NCBI GenBank assembly: GCA_038208955.1
Contig: JBBQYF010000003.1
Coordinates: 1 to 36,726 of the forward strand
Direction of reading: 5' to 3'
DNA from: Elusimicrobiota bacterium
GTDB taxonomy: Bacteria > Elusimicrobiota > Elusimicrobia > 2-01-FULL-59-12
DNA length: 36,726 bases
In this document: piece after piece, positions 27,442-35,088 of the stretch
Numbering within the stretch: the first letter of the stretch is position 1
How the letters are laid out: every line of letters begins with the position of its first letter
Program-made: the position numbers and the translations under genes
Notes under the pieces: generated by a model
Told to the model about the DNA's origin: nothing
Seen by the model: the letters and a program-made list of their open reading frames with translations, nothing else
Databases searched by the model: none

Positions 27442-27870
27442 CTAACGTCCGACGGTGTGCTCGAATTTTCGCGTGACCTGGTTGGGAATGACGGCTTCGC
27501 CCCGCTCCGCTAACTTGTAATCAGTAACCGTCCACAGAGCCATTAACCCGGCGCCCGCGGCCACAAAGAAATTCCTGGCATTGATCAGCTCGTTGAAATG
27601 CGCCATCCAAGGCAACGCCATGAGGGCGAGCGCGCTGATAAACTCGACAGCCGCATGGACGGTGAATGGAATCATTCGCCGGAATCCCAGCGGGTAAGCC
27701 GTAAACAAGCTGAGCATCAGCTGTAACGCCGCGAAAGCGTAACAGGCATTCCGCGGAGTCCCGTACCAATTAAAGACCGAAGGCGCGAGGATCAAAACCG
27801 CGACCGCTGCGTAATCCATATACCCATGCATTCGCGGCCCCATCTTTCTGTAGATCGAATCATCTCTCAT
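27442..27870 (-). CDS. Small 4-TM membrane protein (SPW-repeat-like, internally duplicated)
   Basis: AAGGAGG RBS; halves HGYMDY...AP...TAY and HAAVEF...LPW...TDY. Confidence 0.75.
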   Translation of the reverse strand: MRDDSIYRKMGPRMHGYMDYAAVAVLILAPSVFNWYGTPRNACYAFAALQLMLSLFTAYPLGFRRMIPFTVHAAVEFISALALMALPWMAHFNELINARNFFVAAGAGLMALWTVTDYKLAERGEAVIPNQVTRKFEHTVGR

Positions 27871-27880
27871 AAATTCCTCC

Positions 27881-27915
27881 TTTGATGAAGAATTTGACTT
27901 TGATGAAGAATTTGA
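27881..27915. repeat. 17-bp tandem direct repeat (period 18)
   Basis: TTTGATGAAGAATTTGA at 27881-27897 and 27899-27915. Confidence 0.9.
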
Positions 27916-27985
27916 ATGTTGTCCTCTCTTAAATTAGACAAGCCCATTAACGCTTGGTTACCTTCGGCCGCGTTTCTTGTGGCGA

Positions 27986-28216
27986 CTACTTGGTGTGTTT
28001 GGCTTGTGACTGAGCGCCGATTGCATGCGATTGTTTTTCGAATACTCGCTCGACGGTACCGGAATCGGCATGCGCCTTCCGCGCGCACTCGCAGGGGTTA
28101 CCATCGGCGCAGGTGGCGCAACAAAAGGTCACACCGCCGCGTGAATACCCATGTCCTGCGTTGACGGAATCCGGACTATAGGCCAGACCACAATTTGCAC
28201 AGACTTGATTAGCCAT
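27986..28216 (-). CDS. Small Cys/His-rich prokaryotic metallothionein-like protein
   Basis: AGGAGG RBS; 76 aa with CxxC...FCCxxCA.G..CxC (7 Cys, 4 His). Confidence 0.68.
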   Translation of the reverse strand: MANQVCANCGLAYSPDSVNAGHGYSRGGVTFCCATCADGNPCECARKAHADSGTVERVFEKQSHAIGAQSQAKHTK

Positions 28217-28409
28217 TGGTTTTTCCTCCTATTAGTTAATGAGATCCCCACAGGATGAGAGATGTTACACAAGCACGTCCGAGAAAAATATCGAACCGGG
28301 GGTTCATTTGGCCGGGTCGAATTAGGGATTGCAGCCGACAAATAAAATTGTTGTAATTATTATGCGCTTTGAGGAGAAAGCGATCCTTTTATACGCCCGG
28401 GGGGGGTAA

Positions 28410-29963
28410 ATGCACAAAGTTTCACCAGCGAACGTCGATTCGGGATTCCCGGCCATGCCCTGTTTCACGATGGTCAATCGTCAATGGCAAGTCCTTTATA
28501 GCAACCCCGGGAATCATGGATCGGTGCGAAAACAGGCACCACCGTCGGCAAAGGAACTGTACTGGAAAATGTGGCCTGCATTGCTGGGGACGTCGGCCGA
28601 GCTGTCTCTCCGCCACGCGATGACCGAGGGATTGGAGGCCCATCTTACCCATTCCCTTCCTGGGAAATCTTCAAATCAACCGGTAGAAATTGACGCTTAT
28701 CCCTACAAACAAGGCCTGGCGATTCATTGCCGTCGGGCCCCACGCCAAAAAATGAGACCGAAAACCGAGACAACAAAACAACATGGCTTACTTCCGCTGA
28801 CAAAAGAACAAGAGATATTTTACGAGGCAGAAAAACTGGGCAGCATTGGTCGGCTGGCCGGCGGGGTGGCCCATGATTTCAATAATCTGATCACGGGTAT
28901 TTTGGGGTTGACTCAACAGGTCAGCGATGAGCTTGGAGCCGAGAGCCCGCACCGTCAGGATCTTGAAGAGGTGATCACCGCTACCCGCCGGGCATCCTCT
29001 TTAACGCGACAATTGCTGGCATTTGGCCGGCGGCAAGTCATGACCCCGACGGTTTTTAACCTAAACCGGCTGCTCGTCGAAACTAACAGGCTTTTTATGT
29101 GCACGGTGGGAGACGAAATCGAACTCAAAATGACCTTGGACCCACGGCTGGGAGATGTAAAAGCCGATTCGAGACATGTGGAACAAGTGATCGTCGCCTT
29201 GCTGCTGAACGCAAGGGATGCCATGCCCCAGGGCGGCCAAGTTTTCGTCGAAACATCCAATTCATCATTTAGTGGAGACGATGGACCGAATTGTTTCAAC
29301 GCATCTCCGGAAGCGTACGTTCGTTTGTCCATTTCCGATACGGGCACCGGCATGGACGCGAAAAATATTCGGCATATTTTTGAACCCTTTTTTACGACGC
29401 GCGAGCAAGGCAAGGGTTTGGGTCTCGGCCTGGCCGCCGTGTATGGAATTATTAAGCAAAGCGGCGGCGACATCTCCGTCTATAGCGAAGCGGGAGTTGG
29501 CAGCACATTTCATATTTATCTGCCGCGCGTAGCGGGAGTCACCCCCTTTGAACGCCGTGCGTCCACGCGCGGCGTCGGCCCGGTCGGCAGCGAAACCATT
29601 CTCGTCGTCGAGGATGAAGGAATTGTGCGACGGGTCGTGACCAATGTCCTGCGCAAAAGAGGATATCAGGTCCTCGAATGCGCCAACGGTCAAGACGCTC
29701 TGGCGGTTTTTGATCAGCAGGCGACGATTGATCTTCTACTCACTGACGTCATCATGCCGGGCATGAACGGGAGGGAATTGGCCGACTTGCTTCTAACCAA
29801 GCGCGCTGATTTGAGGGTTCTATTTATGTCAGGGTACCCTCGGGAAGTCATTCTCGAAAAGGGAATTTTACCCACCGAAACGGCTTTCATACAAAAATCG
29901 TTTTCGGCCGACGCCCTCTGTCATAAGGTCCGTGAGACCTTGTTGGGGAAGACGGCCGGCTAA
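28410..29963 (+). CDS. Soluble hybrid histidine kinase-receiver (CckA-like) with a degenerate N-terminal sensor
   Basis: H box LAGGVAHDFNN, N box NARDAM, DTGTGM, IFEPFFTT, GLGL; receiver VVEDE...LLTDVIMPG...K. Start uncertain. Confidence 0.9.
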   Translation: MHKVSPANVDSGFPAMPCFTMVNRQWQVLYSNPGNHGSVRKQAPPSAKELYWKMWPALLGTSAELSLRHAMTEGLEAHLTHSLPGKSSNQPVEIDAYPYKQGLAIHCRRAPRQKMRPKTETTKQHGLLPLTKEQEIFYEAEKLGSIGRLAGGVAHDFNNLITGILGLTQQVSDELGAESPHRQDLEEVITATRRASSLTRQLLAFGRRQVMTPTVFNLNRLLVETNRLFMCTVGDEIELKMTLDPRLGDVKADSRHVEQVIVALLLNARDAMPQGGQVFVETSNSSFSGDDGPNCFNASPEAYVRLSISDTGTGMDAKNIRHIFEPFFTTREQGKGLGLGLAAVYGIIKQSGGDISVYSEAGVGSTFHIYLPRVAGVTPFERRASTRGVGPVGSETILVVEDEGIVRRVVTNVLRKRGYQVLECANGQDALAVFDQQATIDLLLTDVIMPGMNGRELADLLLTKRADLRVLFMSGYPREVILEKGILPTETAFIQKSFSADALCHKVRETLLGKTAG

Positions 29964-31051
29964 AACGTTGCTGAGCCTAGCTCCGCGGGATCTCGGAAGA
30001 TTCTCCAAACTTTGGTTGAAATCCCCGCAAACGTTCGGGTGACGGCGGCGTCCGAATCGGGACCGTTATTGCGAATATAAATGCCGGCGATTTGGTTTGG
30101 ATATTTCCGAGCGAGGGCCGCGAAGGGGGCTTGATCTTGCTGGCGCGTGTCCCCGACCAGAATAAAATGCCGTCCTGGAAAGCGCTGCAGTACCATTTCC
30201 ATCGCCGGAAATTTCGTGGTAATCGATGACCCGAAAATAACAGCCATATTGGCGATGAACGCATCGATGGAATGACTGAGAGAATTGATCTCGAGGGTCT
30301 TTAGGTGCAGGATTCCTTGTGGAAAACCTTGGCTGGCCAACGCGTTTGAGAGCGGACCAAAAAGTTGCCAGGGCGACGCCGAAAAATAATGGAAGACAGC
30401 ACCCTGCGCCTGCCATTTTTGATAGACCGGGGGCATTGCCGGGTCGGCTTGTAAGTGGCGCGTCACGGCTAAACCTCCGGAGTCCGGGCCGCTGGATGAG
30501 CCCGACATTAATCCGTCCAGATCCGAGATGATCGATGTGCCGGTGGGAGCAATAACGATCGCTTGCCCTTTGAATTCTCGAGAGTCGTCCCGGCAGGCCT
30601 GCGTTTTAAACGCCAGCCAGGGCGCGGTGTGGGCGTCGGCAGAAATACTCGGAAGTGTCACGTCTTGATGGATAAACCCATCTTCGTCGGATTGTTCCAA
30701 CTTGACGGTTCTGCCTTCCAATTGAATCGGGACATTTTTCTGGGGTTCGCCGTGAAGCAGGAAGGGCGTGACGCGTTGCTGTAAATTAACAGCTTCTTCG
30801 GCGGCACCTGGAAAAAGGGCGGTTAGTGTGACGACGCGCGAAATGCCGCGCTGAATGGAAGCGTCCGGTTGGCTTTGATGGACCCAAGCCGTGACCGGCA
30901 GCGCCCATTGGCCATCCGCTTGTTGGTAGGTATACGACGGATAGAAATCCACTTGCTCCGTTTTCTTCAGGTAACAATGGGGGGCACATCCGGCCGACAA
31001 AATAAGAAGACCGATTAAAGACAGGCCTCGAGGGCGGCGTTCTCGTAACAT
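29960..31051 (-). CDS. App1 (DUF2183) phosphatidate phosphatase-like lipoprotein
   Basis: AAGGA before ATG 31051; lipobox LSAGC; SIISDLD, FHYFSASPWQL, GFP.G, FILVGD..Q.D, IYIR. Confidence 0.75.
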   Translation of the reverse strand: MLRERRPRGLSLIGLLILSAGCAPHCYLKKTEQVDFYPSYTYQQADGQWALPVTAWVHQSQPDASIQRGISRVVTLTALFPGAAEEAVNLQQRVTPFLLHGEPQKNVPIQLEGRTVKLEQSDEDGFIHQDVTLPSISADAHTAPWLAFKTQACRDDSREFKGQAIVIAPTGTSIISDLDGLMSGSSSGPDSGGLAVTRHLQADPAMPPVYQKWQAQGAVFHYFSASPWQLFGPLSNALASQGFPQGILHLKTLEINSLSHSIDAFIANMAVIFGSSITTKFPAMEMVLQRFPGRHFILVGDTRQQDQAPFAALARKYPNQIAGIYIRNNGPDSDAAVTRTFAGISTKVWRIFRDPAELGSATF

Positions 31052-31114
31052 GACTATCCTTAGAAACTCGCGAACCTGACAACGTAACAACCGCGTGATT
31101 TCAAGGAACGTCGC

Positions 31115-32308
31115 TTAGTCGCCTTTCACGCTGATAACCTGCTTTAGCGTCGCCACAACCTCGACCAGATCGTCCTGGTCGCGCATGACTTGATCGATGT
31201 CTTTGTACGCGCTCGGTAATTCGTCAATCAGCGCCGGTGAGCGGCGGCACTCCACCCCCTTCATCTCCCGGTCGAAATCCATCATGCTCAGCCGACGCCG
31301 GGCCTCATGGCGACTAAACCGCCGCCCGGCACCGTGTGAGCAGGAATGGTAGCTCAAGGGATTCCCTTTGCCGCGGATGATGTAAGACTTGGTTCCCATT
31401 GATCCAGGAATAATGCCGAGCTGCCCCACGCCCGCTTGAATCGCGCCTTTTCGCGTGAGCCACACGTCCCTCCCAAAATGTTTTTCCATTTGCGTAAAGT
31501 TGTGATGGCAATTGACACGCTCGCACTCCATTTCGCGTTCGTGGCCAGGTTCGTTATAAAAATGCAGGGACAGTTCGCTCAAGACCCGGTTCATCATCTC
31601 CTCACGGTTCTGCATCGCATAGGCCTGGGCCCATAAAAGGTCTTTTACATAGCGGGCGAAGTCGGGCGATTCTTGGACCAGGAACGCCAGGTCCGGGTCG
31701 GGAACGCTCGTCGCATAAGTCTTCATTAGCGACTTGGCGCGCTCGATGTGTTTGGTCGCCAAAATGTTGCCGACGCCGCGCGATCCCGAATGAAGCAGGA
31801 CCCAGACTTGCGACTTTTCATCGATGCAAATTTCAATGAAATGGTTTCCCGAACCGAGCGTTCCAAATTGATGCAAGGCTTTGTCTTTAAGGCGCTCGTC
31901 TTGGCTCAAATAATCCGATGGGCCCGCGGTGGTTGAGGCAAGAGATTCGCTCATGAACCGGATGGCTTCAGAGCTCGGGCGGCGGTTGATGCCGCCGGCA
32001 CCTAGCGGAATTTGGCGTTCAATACCCTGCCGAATTTTTTCGAGGCTGTCAGGCAGTTGGCTCGACGTAAACTTTGTTCGCACGGCGATCATTCCACAGC
32101 CGATATCAACGCCGACGCAAGATGGGATAATCGCGCCTTCGGTCGCCACCACGGTCCCCACACAGGCCCCCTTGCCCAAGTGAGCGTCGGGCATCACCGC
32201 CACATGCTTAAAAACAAATGGCATGGACGCCAAGTTGTTGACCTGCTCTTTGGCTTGCGGGTCGATCACAGAAGCCCAAGAAAGAACTTTTTCACTTAAC
32301 TGTTTCAT
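31115..32308 (-). CDS. rtcB: RtcB RNA ligase
   Basis: GAGGAG RBS before ATG 32308; VMPDAH.G.G, VGVDIGCG, GTLGSGNHFIE, HSGSRG, CHHN, RKGA, PGSMG, SHGAGR, DE.P.AYK. Confidence 0.95.
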   Translation of the reverse strand: MKQLSEKVLSWASVIDPQAKEQVNNLASMPFVFKHVAVMPDAHLGKGACVGTVVATEGAIIPSCVGVDIGCGMIAVRTKFTSSQLPDSLEKIRQGIERQIPLGAGGINRRPSSEAIRFMSESLASTTAGPSDYLSQDERLKDKALHQFGTLGSGNHFIEICIDEKSQVWVLLHSGSRGVGNILATKHIERAKSLMKTYATSVPDPDLAFLVQESPDFARYVKDLLWAQAYAMQNREEMMNRVLSELSLHFYNEPGHEREMECERVNCHHNFTQMEKHFGRDVWLTRKGAIQAGVGQLGIIPGSMGTKSYIIRGKGNPLSYHSCSHGAGRRFSRHEARRRLSMMDFDREMKGVECRRSPALIDELPSAYKDIDQVMRDQDDLVEVVATLKQVISVKGD

Positions 32309-32439
32309 GCCGCAGCTCCTCAGGAACATGCCCCGGCGCTCCCTCTCGAGCGCCGGCATTATTATTTTACAACGCGCGATATGGCGGGCCCAAGCGTCAG
32401 GAATTGTGTGGGGGACGGTCGGACAACAAAATGACGGAC

Positions 32440-32880
32440 TTAAATCAGCAGAAAAAGGATTGGCAAAAAGAAACCGATGAGCAAGGCGCACCAGATAGGT
32501 CGATGGTCGCGGTTGTACTTAAAGGCCAGATTGATTCCAAGAAGCGTGGTGAGAATCAATCCGATGCACATCGTAAAGATAAACCATTTCAATGTCTGCG
32601 AGGGATGCGTATGCGGCCGCGGTGCCGGTTGGGAAGTCTCTACGGGGGCGGTTTGCTCTGCCTCATTTGGCGCCGCCTCTTCTCGGCCAGGCGAAGCGGC
32701 GAGTCGTTGGTTTTTGTGAACCTCCGCCAAAGTTTCAACCCACGCCGGGGGTCGATAAGGACTGCCGGCACGGGACTCGTGCAAGCCAAAGGTTTGCAGG
32801 CCGCCGCTGAACGCAAAAAAGAGGATACAGGGCGAAAAGAAAACGCCCAAATAAAGATGGAGTTTACGAATGCCGTTCAC
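32440..32880 (-). CDS. PepSY-associated TM-helix membrane protein
   Basis: RKLHLYLGVFFSP..LFFAFSG N-terminal helix, a second His (EVHK), and two further TM segments. Confidence 0.75.
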   Translation of the reverse strand: MNGIRKLHLYLGVFFSPCILFFAFSGGLQTFGLHESRAGSPYRPPAWVETLAEVHKNQRLAASPGREEAAPNEAEQTAPVETSQPAPRPHTHPSQTLKWFIFTMCIGLILTTLLGINLAFKYNRDHRPIWCALLIGFFLPILFLLI

Positions 32881-32936
32881 GGTAAATAGTATACAAGAGT
32901 CGAATCCGGAAGCGGTAAGGACACCCGGTACTCCCG

Positions 32937-32942
32937 TATAAT
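32937..32942 (+). promoter_or_regulatory. -10 box 6 nt before the uup start codon (leaderless-type promoter)
   Basis: Perfect TATAAT followed by GGCTGA-ATG, with no Shine-Dalgarno. Confidence 0.6.
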
Positions 32943-32948
32943 GGCTGA

Positions 32949-34766
32949 ATGGGTATATTGCTTAGCTGCCGTGAACTCGCGAAGAGCTACGGCCCGCGTC
33001 CGCTTTTCGAAGGCCTTACTTTTGGCTTGTTCGACAATGAGCGCACCGGTTTGATCGGCCCCAACGGATCGGGAAAATCCACCTTGCTCAAAATTTTAGC
33101 GGGTCTTGAAACGCCCGACTCGGGGGAGCTGGCCCTCCGGCGCGGTTTGCGGGTTCGTTATCTGGCGCAACGCGATTTTCTGAGCGACGCTCCGCGCGGT
33201 ATCACCGTACGAGATGAACTGGTCGCTGCCGTGCAAGGGCTTGGTCTTGAAGATTACGAAGTCGATATTCGCGTGGACTCCGGGATCGAGTCGTCAGGGC
33301 TTCATCCCGACCAGCGGGTCGAACGGTTGTCGGGCGGGTGGCGCAAACGTTTGGCGATCCTTTCTCAGGTGCTGTGTGAACCCGATCTGCTGCTTTTAGA
33401 TGAACCCACGAACCACCTCGACATGGACGGGGTGCTTTGGCTCGAAAGTTTTCTCACGGGGCTAGATTTTTCGTTCCTCGTCATCACCCACGACCGGCGA
33501 TTTCTCGAATCTGTTTGTAACCGGGTAATCGAATTAAACAAGCGCTATGAGAAAGGCCATTTCAGTAGCGTGGGGAGTTACAGTCAGTTTGTCGAAAACC
33601 GCGAAGCGCTGTTCGATGCGCAGGCCGCTCATGAGGAGACGGCGCGCAACCTCGTTCGCCGCGAGGTGGAATGGCTGCGGCGCGGCCCCAAGGCGCGCAC
33701 GACGAAACAAAAAGCTCGGATCGACCGCGCCGGCGAGCTGATCGAGGCCCTGGGCGATCTCGAATACCGCAACGCACAGGATCGCTCGGCCACAATTGAT
33801 TTCTCTAGCAGCGATCGACAAAGCAAACGGCTGGTTGAAGGCGTGCATATTGAAAAAAGCATGGGCGGCCGGAAACTGTTTGGCCCGATCAATCTCCGGC
33901 TCGGTCCCGGTGACAAGCTCGGTCTTCTGGGCGGGAACGGTAGCGGTAAAAGTACCTTGCTGAAGATCCTGGCGGGCACCCTGGCTCCGGACTCGGGCCA
34001 AATGAAGCGCGCGGATGGCCTAAAGGTCGTCACCTTTGACCAACACCGCGAGCAGTTGGATTTAAATCTCACCCTGCGACGGGCGCTCTGTGATTCGGGG
34101 GAATTCGTGCATTTTCGCGGCAATCCGATTCACGTCATCGGCTGGGCGGAACGGTTTCTCTTCTCGAAACTGCAACTGGATTATCCGCTGGGCCGCCTCT
34201 CCGGAGGGGAACAGTCGCGCGTGCTCATCGCCCGGTTGATGCTTCGCCCCGCGGACCTCTTGCTTCTCGACGAACCAACGAATGATCTTGATATTAATTC
34301 GCTCGAAGTTTTAGAATCCAGCATGCTCGATTTTTCGGGCGCCCTCGTTCTCGTCACGCATGACCGCTACTTGCTCAACCGCGTCAGCGATCAAATTCTT
34401 GCCTTGGACGGCCGCGGTCATGCCCGTTTCTACGCGGACTTGGCGCAATGGGAAGATGCCCGCACGAACGAGGCACCGTCTGAGCCGGACATTCTTCCAC
34501 CGACGCCACCCCAAAAAGTTGCTCCGCCCGGGCGGCCCCCGGCAAGACCGGGTCTGTCGCGGGAAGAATTAAAGGAGTTAAAAGTCATCGAAGCCAACAT
34601 TCGAGCGGCCGAAGGGGCCAGAGAGCAGGCCCGCCGCGCCCTCCACGATCCCGCTTTTGCCGCCAATGCGGTTGAATTGACGAAACGGCAGTCCGCCCTC
34701 GACGCGGCACAAGCCACCGTCGATGAATTGATGAAGCGCTGGGCCGACTTAGAAACCCGCCGTTAA
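32949..34766 (+). CDS. uup: ABC-F family ATPase (Uup-like)
   Basis: Two ABC domains (GPNGSGKST/LSGGW/LDEPTNHLD; GGNGSGKST/LSGGE/LDEPTNDLD), linker EVEWLRRGPKARTTK, C-terminal coiled coil, no TM segments. Confidence 0.9.
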   Translation: MGILLSCRELAKSYGPRPLFEGLTFGLFDNERTGLIGPNGSGKSTLLKILAGLETPDSGELALRRGLRVRYLAQRDFLSDAPRGITVRDELVAAVQGLGLEDYEVDIRVDSGIESSGLHPDQRVERLSGGWRKRLAILSQVLCEPDLLLLDEPTNHLDMDGVLWLESFLTGLDFSFLVITHDRRFLESVCNRVIELNKRYEKGHFSSVGSYSQFVENREALFDAQAAHEETARNLVRREVEWLRRGPKARTTKQKARIDRAGELIEALGDLEYRNAQDRSATIDFSSSDRQSKRLVEGVHIEKSMGGRKLFGPINLRLGPGDKLGLLGGNGSGKSTLLKILAGTLAPDSGQMKRADGLKVVTFDQHREQLDLNLTLRRALCDSGEFVHFRGNPIHVIGWAERFLFSKLQLDYPLGRLSGGEQSRVLIARLMLRPADLLLLDEPTNDLDINSLEVLESSMLDFSGALVLVTHDRYLLNRVSDQILALDGRGHARFYADLAQWEDARTNEAPSEPDILPPTPPQKVAPPGRPPARPGLSREELKELKVIEANIRAAEGAREQARRALHDPAFAANAVELTKRQSALDAAQATVDELMKRWADLETRR

Positions 34767-35088
34767 CATCGCGCTCAGGTCGGGGACAGAGGGCCCAAAA
34801 CCATCGACGACCGGCCCATTATTTTTAGTCATTTAGCCTCTATAACCCGCTAAGGTAGTTCCCTATACTAAATCCTGCTTATGCTTAGATTCCCGCTGCG
34901 CGGCATGGCGATGCTTTTAATTTCTACGCTATTGCTTAATGGCCGCCGCGCGGAAATCATGGCGCCCTTGGGGCCCCGATCGCGTAGTGGGCCTTATGGT
35001 CTGTCAATACTGGTGTTCGGTGGATTTAATTCTCTCCGAACTTCGTTTATCATGTAGCGATTTAAGTCATGGGAGGTTCCCCGTATCC

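Noticed and set aside
27867-28088. 73-aa ORF containing QILHQSQILHQ, and the repeat there as a CRISPR remnant
   Set aside because: The peptide repeat is just the translated 18-bp duplication; two adjacent copies with no spacer and no cas genes are not a CRISPR array.
32309-32491. N-terminal extension of RtcB to 458 aa
   Set aside because: Overlaps the upstream gene; GAGGAG supports ATG 32308.
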